Notes: a model not told the origin generated them from the letters alone. Shown: positions 51,246 to 61,749, counted from the stretch's first letter. The stretch is 64,000 bases of DNA from an uncultured Chloroflexia bacterium (GCA_963734535.1 CAVTHS010000008.1:320001-384000); one strand, 5' to 3'. Translations and numbers: made by a program.

Positions 51246-53426
51246 ATGCACATCCCGGATGGCTACCTGAGCCCAATCGTCTCCGTCGGCCTGGGTGCCG
51301 CGACGCTCCCCGCCTGGGGAATCGCGTCCCAGAAGGTCAAGGCGATCCTCGACAACCGGACCATCCCGCTCCTCGCCATCTTCGCCGCGCTCAGCTTCAC
51401 GATCATGATGTTCAACATCCCGGTACCGGGGGGCACGACGGCCCACGGGGTCGGCGGGACGCTGATCGCGATCGTGCTGGGTCCCTGGGCGGCGGTGATC
51501 GCGGTGAGCGTCGCGCTGGTCATCCAGGCGCTCTTCTTCGGGGACGGCGGGGTCCTGGCGATCTTCGCGAACTGCCTGAACATGGGCGTCCTCCTGCCGT
51601 TCGTCGGCTACGCCGTCTACCGGCTTCTTGCCGGGGGCTCGCCGCTGCTCTCGTCGCGGCGTGCCGTCGCGGCCGGAATTGCGGCGTATGTCGCGATCAC
51701 CGCGTCCGCGCTCGCCGTCGGGATCGAGCTGGGAATCCAGCCGCTCCTCTTCAGCGACGCGTCGGGACGGCCGCTCTACTCCCCCTACGACCTCAACGCG
51801 GCGATCCCGGCGATGCTCCTCGCGCACACCCTGGGGGCCTCGATCGTGGAGGGACTCATCACCTACCTCGGGGTCGCCTACCTCCAGAAGCGCCATCCGG
51901 CCTACCTGACGTCGCTCCGCGGCGTCTACGCGCCGGGCGTGGACGACGACGGCGTCGCTCCATCGCGGCCCTTCCGGCAGGTGTTGGCCGCGACCGCGGG
52001 CGGCGCGCTGATCGTGCTCGTGGCGGTCGGGCTGGTCCTCGGGGGCGGCGATCCCGGGAGGCTCTTCGGCGCGAACTGGTCCAGCGTCAACTGGGCCGAC
52101 GTCGCGACGATGCTCCTCGTCACCGGGGTCATCGGGGCCGTGGGCGTGCCGCTCGCCTATCTCGTGCTGCCGTCGCGACTCAAACGGGTGGGGGCCGCGT
52201 TCACGCTCGGGGCCGTGATCGCGCCGCTCGGCCTGATCGCGCCCGGCTTCGCGTACGGGGAGGGCGGCACGGCGGACGTGCAGGCCGCGTTCGGCTACAT
52301 CCCGCAGGGCCTCCAGCACCTGTCCGGCTTCTTCAGCGCGCCGCTGTCCGGGTACACGATCCCCCTGCCGTTCTTCGAAGGGGCGAACGCGACGCTGTGG
52401 CATGCGGCCGTCGGCTACCAGGCGGCCGGGATCATCGGGATCCTGCTCTGTGGCGGGGTCGTGCTGGCTGTCACGCGGCTGGTCGGCCGGCGCGGCGCGG
52501 CGCCCGGGAGCGCCGCCCCGGCTCCCGATCCCGGAGCCGCCGAGGCCGCTGCGACGGCACCCCGATCCGCGGCCGAGGTCGCCGGGCGCCGCGAGGGCCG
52601 AGTGGGCTGGCTCGAGCAGACGCTCGGCGGGATCACGACGTCCATCGAGCACGCCATCTTCACGGAGCAGCATGCCCGCACGGACGGGTGGCTGCAGCGG
52701 CGCGATCCGCGGGCCAAGCTCGGGATGTTCCTGGTGCTGGTGCTCGCGGCCAGCCTCACGTCCTCCGTCGCGGTCCTCGCCGCGCTCTACGCGCTCACGC
52801 TGGCGGCGGCGCGTGCCAGCCACGTGCCATTCTCGTTCTTCGTGAGGCGGGTCTGGCTGGGAATCCCCCTGTTCGCGGGGATCGTGGTCATCCCGGCCCT
52901 GTTCATCGTCCCCGGGCCGCGCCTCTTCGACCTTGCGTTCGGGCCGTTGCACCTCGCGCTCTCCGCGCCCGGCTGCGCCGGCGCGGTCCTCTTCCTCGCC
53001 CGGGTCGGCGTATCGGTCTCGGTCGCGGTGCTCCTCGTGATGACGACGCCGTGGGCGGACATCCTCAAGAGCCTGCGCGCCCTGCGCGTGCCCCAGGTGT
53101 TCGTGCTCGTCCTCTCGATGACCTACCGCTACATCTTCCTCTTCCTCCATACCGCGAACGGGATCCTGCTCGCCCGCAAGAGCCGGGTCGTTGCCCGGAC
53201 GACCGGAGGCGAGCAGCGCCGCTGGATCAGCGGGACCATGGGGAACCTGATGAGCCGGGCCTTCAAGATGAGCAACGACGTCTATGCCGCGATGCTGGCG
53301 CGCGGCTTCTCCGGGGAGATGCGGGCCCGATCGGTGCGCCGGATGCGGACCGCGGACTGGGCGGCGCTCGGGGGCGTGGTCGCGGTCGCGGCGGTCACGC
53401 TCGTCGGCGGTCGGATGCTGCCGTGA
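51246..53426 (+). CDS. ECF Ni/Co transporter: NikM/CbiM + NikN-like + CbiQ/NikQ in a single ORF
   Basis: N-terminal MHIPDGYL; APLGLIAPG..GE..GYIPQGL..AP; DPRAKL, LRALRVP, MTYRYIF, AMLARGF. Confidence 0.85.
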   Translation: MHIPDGYLSPIVSVGLGAATLPAWGIASQKVKAILDNRTIPLLAIFAALSFTIMMFNIPVPGGTTAHGVGGTLIAIVLGPWAAVIAVSVALVIQALFFGDGGVLAIFANCLNMGVLLPFVGYAVYRLLAGGSPLLSSRRAVAAGIAAYVAITASALAVGIELGIQPLLFSDASGRPLYSPYDLNAAIPAMLLAHTLGASIVEGLITYLGVAYLQKRHPAYLTSLRGVYAPGVDDDGVAPSRPFRQVLAATAGGALIVLVAVGLVLGGGDPGRLFGANWSSVNWADVATMLLVTGVIGAVGVPLAYLVLPSRLKRVGAAFTLGAVIAPLGLIAPGFAYGEGGTADVQAAFGYIPQGLQHLSGFFSAPLSGYTIPLPFFEGANATLWHAAVGYQAAGIIGILLCGGVVLAVTRLVGRRGAAPGSAAPAPDPGAAEAAATAPRSAAEVAGRREGRVGWLEQTLGGITTSIEHAIFTEQHARTDGWLQRRDPRAKLGMFLVLVLAASLTSSVAVLAALYALTLAAARASHVPFSFFVRRVWLGIPLFAGIVVIPALFIVPGPRLFDLAFGPLHLALSAPGCAGAVLFLARVGVSVSVAVLLVMTTPWADILKSLRALRVPQVFVLVLSMTYRYIFLFLHTANGILLARKSRVVARTTGGEQRRWISGTMGNLMSRAFKMSNDVYAAMLARGFSGEMRARSVRRMRTADWAALGGVVAVAAVTLVGGRMLP

Positions 53427-54325
53427 TCGAACCCGTCGTCGAACCGCACGGCGAGCCGGTCTTCGAGCTCGCCGGCGTCCGCTACGTCTACAACGACCGC
53501 CAGGTGGCGCTCGACGGCATCGACCTGGTCGTGCGTCCGGGCGAGCAGGTCGTCCTGCTCGGCGCGAACGGGTCCGGCAAGTCCACGCTCCTCAAGCTCC
53601 TCGACGGGATCATCGCGCCCTCGAGCGGTCGCATGCGGGCGATGGGCCTGGAGATCGCGTCGGTCGTCGATGGCATCGGCGCGTTCCGGTTCCATCGCCA
53701 GGTGGGCCTCGTCTTCCAGGACCCGGACATCCAGCTGTTCAGCGCCACCGTGCTCGACGACGTGGCCTTCGGGCCGCTCCAGCTGGGCCTCCCGGCAGCG
53801 GAGGTCGAGGCGCGCTGCGACGAGGCGCTGGGCATGATGGAGATCGGGCACCTGGCCAACCGGGCGCCCTTCGAGCTCTCGGGCGGCGAGAAGAAGCGGG
53901 CGGCGATCGCCTCCGTCCTGTCACTGCGACCTGACGTGATCCTTCTCGACGAGCCGACGGCGGCGCTCGATCCCCGCACGAAATGGGTCCTCGTGAACCT
54001 CATCCGGCGCCTCGGCGAGGCCGGCCGGACCGTGATCACGGCCACCCACGAGCTGGACATCGTCCCCGTCATCGCGGACCGGGTGGTGGTCCTCGGCGAG
54101 GACCGGCGCGTCCACGCCGACGGCACGCCCGCCGCCGTCCTGGGCAACCGCGACCTGCTCATCGCCGCCAACCTGATCCACGAGCACCTGCACGAGCATG
54201 GCGGGGTCCGCCACTCGCACCCGCACGCGACCGACGAATCGCACGACGGGCCGGACGCGGACGAGGACGGGGTCCCCGGGATCAGGCCGGATGGCGTCGC
54301 CTGGACGGCAGGCCCGGCCCGCTGA
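53423..54325 (+). CDS. ECF ATPase CbiO/NikO with His-rich tail
   Basis: GANGSGKST, FQDPDIQLF, LSGGEKKR, HEHLHEHGGVRHSHPH. Confidence 0.92.
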   Translation: MIEPVVEPHGEPVFELAGVRYVYNDRQVALDGIDLVVRPGEQVVLLGANGSGKSTLLKLLDGIIAPSSGRMRAMGLEIASVVDGIGAFRFHRQVGLVFQDPDIQLFSATVLDDVAFGPLQLGLPAAEVEARCDEALGMMEIGHLANRAPFELSGGEKKRAAIASVLSLRPDVILLDEPTAALDPRTKWVLVNLIRRLGEAGRTVITATHELDIVPVIADRVVVLGEDRRVHADGTPAAVLGNRDLLIAANLIHEHLHEHGGVRHSHPHATDESHDGPDADEDGVPGIRPDGVAWTAGPAR

Positions 54326-54432
54326 TCGCGCCCCGCGCCACCTCCGGGGACCGGGCGCCGGGTCGAGCCGCACGCGGTGCCGGCCGCACGCGGGCCTGGG
54401 ACGGGCGTTCCCGGGCGGCACCGGCCCTCGAG

Positions 54433-55458
54433 CTAGGGTGCGGCGCTCGCGGAGGCGCTCGCGGAGGCGCCCGGGGACGCTGACGGCGGCGGGATCACGA
54501 GCTTCTGGCCGACGAAGATCAGGTTCGGGTTGGCAATCCCGTTCGCGGCCTGGAGCGCCTGGAGGGTGATCCCGAACAACGCCGCGATCCGGCCGAGCTG
54601 GTCGCCCCTGACGACGACATAGATGCGGGCCGTCGCGGTCGGTGTCGGGGCCGCACTCGGGGGAGCCGACGGGGACGCGGCCGGCGCCGGTGAGGTGGCC
54701 ACGCTCGGGACAGGTGTCGCGGACGGCACGGCGCCGCTGGGGGCGGGCGAGACGATGGGCGTGTCGCCGGTCGGAAGCGGCATGAGCAGGGGAAGGGCCA
54801 TCCCGATGACGAAACCGCCGACGCCGACGACCACGAGAATCAGCAGCCCGAGGAGGACCGAGACGACAGGCGACCGGCGGCGTGGCCGGGGTGCAGCATC
54901 CTCGGGAAGCGGCGGGACCGTCCGGTAGATCGTCCCGGGCTGCGGGGTCGGCTCGAGATCGCCGCCCTCGGCGGACTCGGCAGGCGCATCGGCCGCATCG
55001 GCCGTCTCGGCCGCATCGGCCGTCTCGGCCGCATCGACCGTCTCGGCCGTCTCGGCCGGAGCGATCGCCGCGGGAGTGACCGGGACCGGCGCGACTGCCG
55101 CCGGAGGGATCGCGACCGGAATGACCTGCGCGGCGAGGGGTGCCGTCGTCGCGGGGCCTGCACTCCCGTCCACGACGGTCGTCGCCGGAACGGTCGCGGC
55201 ATCCGCCCCATCGCCGAGCGCCTCGTCGCGGAACCAGCCGGGCGGTTCGTCCAGGGGGCCTGGCAGCAGGTCGCCGCCCGGACGACCCGGCGACCCGGGC
55301 CACGAAGCGGCCTCCGCCTCCGCGGCTGCCTCGGCAGCGGCCTCGGCCGCGGCGGCTGCCTCGGCTCCCAGGCCCTCGCCGGCCGCGGGCGTGCCGGGGG
55401 TCCCGGCCATATCCGCGGAACGGGAGCGCCTGGGTCGGTATGGGTGTGGCTTCGGCAC
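54433..55458 (-). CDS. Membrane-anchored LysM-domain protein
   Basis: Low-complexity N-terminus, single TM, YVVVRGDQLGRIA..ANGIANPNLIFVGQKLVIP; TACAAT 7 nt before the GTG. Confidence 0.85.
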   Translation of the reverse strand: MPKPHPYRPRRSRSADMAGTPGTPAAGEGLGAEAAAAAEAAAEAAAEAEAASWPGSPGRPGGDLLPGPLDEPPGWFRDEALGDGADAATVPATTVVDGSAGPATTAPLAAQVIPVAIPPAAVAPVPVTPAAIAPAETAETVDAAETADAAETADAADAPAESAEGGDLEPTPQPGTIYRTVPPLPEDAAPRPRRRSPVVSVLLGLLILVVVGVGGFVIGMALPLLMPLPTGDTPIVSPAPSGAVPSATPVPSVATSPAPAASPSAPPSAAPTPTATARIYVVVRGDQLGRIAALFGITLQALQAANGIANPNLIFVGQKLVIPPPSASPGASASASASAAP

Positions 55459-55529
55459 GGGCCGGATTGTACGGGCCGGAGGCTCCGGCCGTGGGCGGGA
55501 TGCCGCGGGCGCGTATCTACCCGGCGCCT

Positions 55530-56375
55530 CTACCCAGCGTCCGAGACCTCGAACCGCGCAAGGCGCCGCGCCCCGAGCCAGAACGCGACGACCGTCACGA
55601 CGGCCGCCAGGGCCAACCCGGTCACCGCCGTGACGTCACGGCTGAGCGTGCCAGCCTCCGAGCCGGCGATCCCGGCGGCAACGGCCAGCCCGTACTCGCG
55701 GATCGAGAGGAGCCGCGTGCCGGAGAAGAACGTGGCGACCAGGCCCTCCCAGAGAAGGACGTACGCGAGCCCGGCAATGAGCGCCCGGCCCGTCCACACG
55801 GACAGCGTGACGAAGACGGCCGTGTAGGCCATCACGGAGACAACGACGCCCGCCAGCATGCCCAGGAGCAGCCCGGGCAAATCGAGGCGCACGAGCAGCA
55901 GGCCCGTGAGCAGGATCGAGGTCCCGCACAGGATGACGCCGGCACTCCCGGCAACGAGCATCTTGGCCAGGATGATCCAGCCGCGCCCAACCGGCTTGGA
56001 GAGGAGATGGACCACCGTCCCATCGTCGATCTCGGCCCCGATCGCGGTCGTCCCGAGGATGAGCGCCACGAGCGGGACCACCGTGGTCATGACCAGCGAG
56101 TCGTAGAGCTGGCGGGTGATCTGTGCCGTCGTGCCGAGGCCCCCGCCGACGACGAGGATGGCCGCGACCCCGACGGGCGCGACCGCGAGGAGGCCGACGA
56201 GCAGGATCCGCCGCCTGCCCAGGAGCCCCCGCATCGTGACGTCGACGAGCGGACCGAGGACCGACGCGCCGAGCACGGGCGCGGATGGGCGACGCGGAAT
56301 GGGCGGCGGTGACGGCGCCGCCGCGGGCCAGCCTGGCACGGGGTCGCGACGGGATGGAGGGGCCCCGCTGCTCAT
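55530..56375 (-). CDS. ABC-2 permease
   Basis: EIDDGTVVHLLSKPVGR; multiple TM helices. Confidence 0.88.
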   Translation of the reverse strand: MSSGAPPSRRDPVPGWPAAAPSPPPIPRRPSAPVLGASVLGPLVDVTMRGLLGRRRILLVGLLAVAPVGVAAILVVGGGLGTTAQITRQLYDSLVMTTVVPLVALILGTTAIGAEIDDGTVVHLLSKPVGRGWIILAKMLVAGSAGVILCGTSILLTGLLLVRLDLPGLLLGMLAGVVVSVMAYTAVFVTLSVWTGRALIAGLAYVLLWEGLVATFFSGTRLLSIREYGLAVAAGIAGSEAGTLSRDVTAVTGLALAAVVTVVAFWLGARRLARFEVSDAG

Positions 56376-57301
56376 CGGCGCACCAGGTAGTCGAAGACCG
56401 ACTCGAGCGACTCGTCGGCGGGGGCCAGCTCGAAGATCGAGACGCCGGCGTCGCGTGCCATGACCGGGAGCTCCCGGGTGAACGTCGCGAAGTCCGCCGT
56501 TCGCACGTCGAGCCTGCCGTCCTCGAAGGTGAGCCCGGAGACCGTGGGCCGGCCCGCCAGGCGCCCCGCCAGCGCGCGATCGTCGGACGTGCGGAGCGTG
56601 AAGGAGTGCGGGCGATCGGTCATCAACCGCCGGATCTCGCGAAAGTCGCCCGACGCCGCCAGTCGCCCCGACACGACCACGAGGACGCGCTCGGCGACAC
56701 GCTCCACCTCCTCGAGGATGTGCGACGAGAAGAGGATCACGCGGCCCTCGTTGGCCAGCGTCCGGAGGAGCGACATCATGTGGAGGCGCTGGCGCGGATC
56801 CATCCCGTTGAACGGCTCGTCCAGGATCAGCACGGCCGGGTCATGGACCAGGGCGGCCGCGACCTTCGCCCGCTGGCGCATCCCCTTCGAGTAGGTCGCG
56901 AGCTCGCGGTCGGCTGCCGCTGCGAGCTCCACCGTACCAAGCGCCCGGTCGACGGCGCCGGTTCCGACGGGCAGACCCTGGAGCTGCGCGCTGAGCCGGA
57001 CGAACTCGCGGGCGGTCAGGTACGGGAAGACGGCCTCGCGCTCCGGGACGAGGCCAACGCGCCGGTAGACGGCCGGGTCGCCGAACGTCGGCCGCCCGTC
57101 CACGCTGACGTTCCCGGCCGAGGGACGCAGGAGCCCCGCGACGAGGTGGAGGAGGGTGCTCTTGCCGGCCCCGTTCGGCCCCAGGAGGCCCGTCACGCCC
57201 GGCTCGAGGGTGAAGGTGATGTCGTTCACGGCCACGACGTTGCCGTACCACTTCGCGACCGCGCTGACCTCGACGCTCGGGGTCGCTGCGAGCAGGCTCA
57301 C
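56372..57301 (-). CDS. ABC transporter ATP-binding protein
   Basis: GPNGAGKST, YSKGMRQR, LDEPFNG. Confidence 0.93.
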   Translation of the reverse strand: MSLLAATPSVEVSAVAKWYGNVVAVNDITFTLEPGVTGLLGPNGAGKSTLLHLVAGLLRPSAGNVSVDGRPTFGDPAVYRRVGLVPEREAVFPYLTAREFVRLSAQLQGLPVGTGAVDRALGTVELAAAADRELATYSKGMRQRAKVAAALVHDPAVLILDEPFNGMDPRQRLHMMSLLRTLANEGRVILFSSHILEEVERVAERVLVVVSGRLAASGDFREIRRLMTDRPHSFTLRTSDDRALAGRLAGRPTVSGLTFEDGRLDVRTADFATFTRELPVMARDAGVSIFELAPADESLESVFDYLVRR

Positions 57302-58212
57302 GCCTCGATCCGGCGGTATCGCATGACCAGAACGACGAGCGTCACGACGGCGACCACCACCGCACCGGCCGCGAAGACGGCCGGGTCGATCCCGGAGCGC
57401 GTGACGGTCACGTTTCGCCCGACGCCACCGAACATCGTCGTGGCGAGCCCGTCGAGAAGCGCGTACGGGTCCAGCAGCGCGACGTAGCGGAACGGGTCCC
57501 GCAGGCGGCCCTGGACGACGAGGACCTGCACCACGCCGCTCAGCACGAGGAACGTGGCCACGATCGCGCCCGCCGAGAAGGCGCGCCGGGGAACGAACGC
57601 GGCGATCACGAGGCCTACGCCGGAGAAGAACGCCGCGGCGACGAGCGTGCTCGCGAGGATCGGCCAGACGAGCGGCAGGGCCTCGGCGAAGCCGGCACCC
57701 AGGTCGATCGAGGCGAACACGATCCCGAGCAGGAGGATCAGCTGCGGCACGAAGAGGACGATGGCCAGCGCCGAGACAAGCGCCCCGTACTTGGCCAGGG
57801 CATAGTCCGTGCGCTCCAGGGCGCGGCTGAAGTAGAGGGTCAGGACGTGGTGGCGCTGGTCACGCCCCAGCAGCTCGGGCGCCTGCGCGGTCACGAAGAA
57901 GGCGATGAAGGTCTGCACGAAGGTGAGGTAGTTCTCCGGCGTGATCGGCGACACTCGTTCCGTTGCCTGCCCGGCGAGCGCCCGGAAGCCGACGGCGAGG
58001 ATCGCGGGAAGCAGGGTCAGCCCCGCCAGCGCGAAGGGCGCGATCTTGGCGCGACCACCCCGGCCGATCCCGAACGTCCACTTCAGCGATTGGGTGAAAA
58101 GCGTGGTGATCGCGTGCCGGCGGCCCAGGCGGGGACCGTCGTAGCCGCGGTAGCCCAGGTCGAAGATGGAGCCCGTCGCGCTTCCCGCCACGAGGTCAGG
58201 CGGCTGAGCCAT
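57298..58212 (-). CDS. ABC-2 permease
   Basis: IFDLGYRGYDG, LYFSRALERTDYALAK. Confidence 0.88.
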   Translation of the reverse strand: MAQPPDLVAGSATGSIFDLGYRGYDGPRLGRRHAITTLFTQSLKWTFGIGRGGRAKIAPFALAGLTLLPAILAVGFRALAGQATERVSPITPENYLTFVQTFIAFFVTAQAPELLGRDQRHHVLTLYFSRALERTDYALAKYGALVSALAIVLFVPQLILLLGIVFASIDLGAGFAEALPLVWPILASTLVAAAFFSGVGLVIAAFVPRRAFSAGAIVATFLVLSGVVQVLVVQGRLRDPFRYVALLDPYALLDGLATTMFGGVGRNVTVTRSGIDPAVFAAGAVVVAVVTLVVLVMRYRRIEA

Positions 58213-59140
58213 CGGCGCCCTCCTCATCGGGATCGTCGCGGAACAGGTCCTCCACCCGGTGTCGTGCCGCCTCGATGCGGATCAGCGCGAGCCCGCGGGA
58301 CGCGGCCGCGTCCCGGATGACGTCGTAGGGGCGCACGTCGCCGGGGGCGACCAGGACCCGTCTTGGCCCGTCCACCTTGGCGCGGAAGCCGGCCGCCACG
58401 AGATCGGCGGCCAGGTCGTCGGCCCCTTCGTCCACCTCGACGATGAGCGTCCCGGTCCGGCCCGTGAAGCTGGCCAGCGGCGCAGACCGCAGGAGCCGCC
58501 CGCCATCGATCGCCACGACATGGTCGCAGACGCGCTCGATCTCGCCGAGCAGGTGCGAGCAGACGAGGACGGCGATCCCGAACTCGGTCCCGGTTCGGCG
58601 GATCAGGTCCAGCATCTCGTCGCGCCCGGCGGGATCGAGGCCGTTGGTCGGCTCGTCGAGAAGGAGGAGCCGCGGGTCGTGGACGAGCGCCTGGGCAAGC
58701 TTCACGCGCTGCCGCATCCCGGTCGAGTAGCCGCCGATCGGCCTGTAGCGCTCCTCGAAGAGCCCCACGTGGCGAAGGACGTCTGCTGTCCGCTCGCGGG
58801 CAGCGGTCCGGGGGAGACCGCTCATCTCCGCGAGGTGCGCCACGAGATCGGTGGCGGTCAGGTCGGGCGGCAGCACGTCGTGCTCGGGCATGTACCCGAC
58901 CCGCTCGCGGATGCGGCCGCCATGCGTCGCGGTGTCGAGACCCAGGACCGATGCCCGCCCGCTGGTCGGCGCCAGGAGCCCCAGCAGGATCCGCAGGAAC
59001 GTGCTCTTGCCGGCCCCGTTCGCCCCGACCAGGCCCACGATCCCGGGCTCGATCTCGACCGTCAGCGCGTCGAGCGCAAGGACGCCGCCGGCCGGCCCCG
59101 GGTAGCGCTTGGTGAGGTTCTCCGTCGCGATCAGCGGCAC
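58196..59140 (-). CDS. ABC transporter ATP-binding protein
   Basis: GANGAGKST, YSTGMRQR, LDEPTNG; TACACT 6 nt before the GTG. Confidence 0.93.
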   Translation of the reverse strand: MPLIATENLTKRYPGPAGGVLALDALTVEIEPGIVGLVGANGAGKSTFLRILLGLLAPTSGRASVLGLDTATHGGRIRERVGYMPEHDVLPPDLTATDLVAHLAEMSGLPRTAARERTADVLRHVGLFEERYRPIGGYSTGMRQRVKLAQALVHDPRLLLLDEPTNGLDPAGRDEMLDLIRRTGTEFGIAVLVCSHLLGEIERVCDHVVAIDGGRLLRSAPLASFTGRTGTLIVEVDEGADDLAADLVAAGFRAKVDGPRRVLVAPGDVRPYDVIRDAAASRGLALIRIEAARHRVEDLFRDDPDEEGADGSAA

Positions 59141-59152
59141 CCGGGCAGTGTA

Positions 59153-59250
59153 CCGGTGCCCCGGTGCCCCGGTGCCGCGGCCGGGACGGGCTCGACGCTC
59201 CCGGGCCGGGCTCGACGCTGCCGGGCGGGGCTGGGCTCGACGCTCCCGGG
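59153..59250. repeat. Intergenic short repeats
   Basis: CCGGTGCC x3, then GGGCTCGACGCT(C/G)CCGGG x3 at 59188, 59208 and 59233. Confidence 0.8.
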
Positions 59251-59276
59251 ACGGCGGCGGACGCCATGCGCCGCCG

Positions 59277-60716
59277 TCACACGGCCGGCTTGACCGCCAC
59301 GATCGACTGGCCCAGCGACCAGAGCGTGGTCGCGGTCAGCGCGACCATGAAGACCGCCAGCGGCAGCTGGCGCAGTCGCAGCGACCGAAGCGTCCCCGGG
59401 GAGTCGGCGTCGAGGTCCCGCGCGGCCGCGGCATGGCCGGCCACCGCTCCGAGCATGTGGCCGCCGACGACGACGCCGAGCTGGACCGCCCAGACGATGC
59501 CGGGCGGGAGCCATCCGCTGCTCGGCGTGAAGAACGCGAGGCCACCGAGGTTCCAGCCCTGCAGGAACGGGTCGCCCAGGGCGATCAGGATCTTCTGGCC
59601 ATCGATGAGCACGAAGGTGAGGTAGTGGCCCGCGATATACCCCGCCGCGATCGGGACGAGACCGGCGCCGACCGCCGCGACGCCGACGGCAGCGCCGGAC
59701 GATCCGGCGACCACGCGCGCCACGCCGAGCGCGAGGATGACGGCGATGCCGAGGAAGACCGACAGCGTGAGCGTCCCACCCGCGATCCCGGTCAGCCCCA
59801 CCGTGTTGTACCAGAGCTGCGTCTGCGAGAGACCGTCGTAGAGGACGCCGGCCACCCCGAGGGCGCCAAGGGCGACGTCGGCGCGCCCCCAGCCAGGCTC
59901 GAGGAGCCCGGCACCGAACGATCGACGGCGGACGACGCCGGCCACCGGCGGGCCGGCCAGGGCGATCGGGGCGATCCGCCCCAGCAGCCCGAACCAGACG
60001 CTGAACACCTCTGCTCGAGCCCGCCACTCGTCCCGGCCGAACTGCACCATCCCGAGGAGCGTGATCGCCAGGTAGGCCAGGAACGCCCCCACGAGAATCC
60101 GGCCACCGCCACCGCCGGTCACGATCAGCTCCAGCCAGACGAAGACGGCGTAGCCGGCCGCGGCGGGCGCGCGGCCGAGCCGTCTCGGATAGGGCGCCGG
60201 CTCCCACGGGGCGACGCCGAGACGCCGCACGATCCACGCGCCGGCGTCGAAGAGGGTCGTGAACGGGTCGAGCCACGCCCAGACCGGGCCCACGAGCGCG
60301 GAGATGAGCGCCAGGCCGACCCAGCCGTAGATCCAGAGGAACAGGACGCCCACGTCGCCGTCGCTTGCCCCGCCGACGACGCCCTGCGCCACGATCCAGC
60401 CGACGGCGATGACGCCCGCCAGCCGCAACGCAGTCCGGAGCCACCCGGGCACGGTCCGCGGCCGGTCGTCGCCGGCCCCGAACGGGCGCACGTCCCGCAC
60501 GAAGACGATCGCGAACGAGAGTCCCACCGCCGCGGCCGCCCCGGCCAGGTAGACGGGGAGCGGGATCGGCGATTCGAAGAGCCCCACCAGCTGATGGCCG
60601 AGCGCCGCTCCGGGGAACGCGAGCAGCGCGAGCGTCACCGCCCCGCTGATCCCCGCGAGGCGCGCCGCCGCGCGACGCACACGCGTGTCCGGTCGCCTCA
60701 CGTCGGCTGCGCCCAT
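59277..60716 (-). CDS. Polytopic membrane protein ('fenitrothion hydrolase' FedB-like family)
   Basis: Signal peptide then H..PIPL; WVG..GPVW..LDPF; FVWLEL; PIAAGYIAGHY; GDPF; GHMLG; QLP. Confidence 0.65.
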   Translation of the reverse strand: MGAADVRRPDTRVRRAAARLAGISGAVTLALLAFPGAALGHQLVGLFESPIPLPVYLAGAAAAVGLSFAIVFVRDVRPFGAGDDRPRTVPGWLRTALRLAGVIAVGWIVAQGVVGGASDGDVGVLFLWIYGWVGLALISALVGPVWAWLDPFTTLFDAGAWIVRRLGVAPWEPAPYPRRLGRAPAAAGYAVFVWLELIVTGGGGGRILVGAFLAYLAITLLGMVQFGRDEWRARAEVFSVWFGLLGRIAPIALAGPPVAGVVRRRSFGAGLLEPGWGRADVALGALGVAGVLYDGLSQTQLWYNTVGLTGIAGGTLTLSVFLGIAVILALGVARVVAGSSGAAVGVAAVGAGLVPIAAGYIAGHYLTFVLIDGQKILIALGDPFLQGWNLGGLAFFTPSSGWLPPGIVWAVQLGVVVGGHMLGAVAGHAAAARDLDADSPGTLRSLRLRQLPLAVFMVALTATTLWSLGQSIVAVKPAV

Positions 60717-61072
60717 GGCGCGTCCACCATTCGATACACCACGTTTCGGCCGCCTTCCTCGCGGTAGGCCACCGCGATGGGCCCGAGCGTTGCGGCATGC
60801 ACCGCCAGGTGCGAGGCGGGGAAGGCCGCCCCGTCGGTTTCCAGCGTGCCCACCGCGAACGGGATGACCTGGCCGTCGGTCGTCCGCAGCGTGAAGCTGG
60901 TCACCTGTCCGCCCGTCGCATCGATCGCGAGCACCACTCCCGCGGCGGTCTTCCCGGAAGCGCCACAGCCGACCAGCGCGACCGCCATCGCAACCGCGAG
61001 CGCCAGCGGCGCGCGACGACGCGCCCGTGATCGCTCGGGCGTGGCGGCGCGGATACCGCGAACCTGTTCCAC
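60698..61072 (-). CDS. Small hypothetical lipoprotein (OB-fold-like)
   Basis: Lipobox LVGC; FTLRTTDG; SHLAVH. Confidence 0.65.
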   Translation of the reverse strand: MEQVRGIRAATPERSRARRRAPLALAVAMAVALVGCGASGKTAAGVVLAIDATGGQVTSFTLRTTDGQVIPFAVGTLETDGAAFPASHLAVHAATLGPIAVAYREEGGRNVVYRMVDAPWAQPT

Positions 61073-61076
61073 CTGA

Positions 61077-61655
61077 TCAGCGCGACCGGCGCAGGAACCA
61101 GGCCAGTCCTGCAATGACCAGGGAAGCCAGGACCACGAGCGCCACTGCGATATCTCCGGACCCGCCCGAGCTGCCGCCAGCCGCAGCGCCCGGAGACGCG
61201 ATGGGGGTGGCGGCCGTGCCGGGCGATGCAGACCCCGCCTGGACGGATCCTTCCGCGGGAGCCGCAATCGTGAACCTGAACGTTCCCCGCTCGATCCCGT
61301 TGTCGTCCGGCGTGATCGTGGTCCAGCGAACGCTGTAGACCCCGGGCGCGAGCGTGCCGTAGCCGGAGATCGTCATGGATTCGGCAGTCGCCGAGGTCAC
61401 GGCGGCGTTCGCCGCAAGCGTCGAACCATCGGGACCGAGCAGCTCCATCGAGCTCCTGCCCGTGTCGAATGCCTCGGCGAAGGTCGCGCTGATCGATGCC
61501 GGGGAGGCCGTGAGCGTCGTGCCGTCCGCCGGATCGGAGCTGGCCAGCGACGCGTGCGCCAGCGCGGCGGCGACCGGCGTGAGGATCAGGAGGGCAAGCG
61601 CGAACGCCGATGCCCAGAGCCACGGGCGCGCGAGTCGAGCCGATCGAGGGATCAT
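61077..61655 (-). CDS. copC: CopC-like copper-binding protein with C-terminal TM anchor
   Basis: AHASLASSDPADG, LAPGVYSVRW, GTFRFTI. Confidence 0.8.
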   Translation of the reverse strand: MIPRSARLARPWLWASAFALALLILTPVAAALAHASLASSDPADGTTLTASPASISATFAEAFDTGRSSMELLGPDGSTLAANAAVTSATAESMTISGYGTLAPGVYSVRWTTITPDDNGIERGTFRFTIAAPAEGSVQAGSASPGTAATPIASPGAAAGGSSGGSGDIAVALVVLASLVIAGLAWFLRRSR

Positions 61656-61749
61656 CGCGCGGCACGGTAGCAGGAACCGCGCCGGCGGACGTTTGTGCGC
61701 CCGCGGCACGGGACGACCGTCCATCGGCCGCACTCGAAGCGCAGCCGAG

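Noticed and set aside
54985-55056. Tandem repeat in the LysM gene
   Set aside because: Ordinary low-complexity coding linker (AETADA)
59277-60716. Pesticide degradation (fenitrothion hydrolase or phosphotriesterase labels)
   Set aside because: These are family names only; this protein is a polytopic membrane protein without hydrolase motifs, and the PTE homologue at 7185-8127 is PHP-type with Glu at the bridging position
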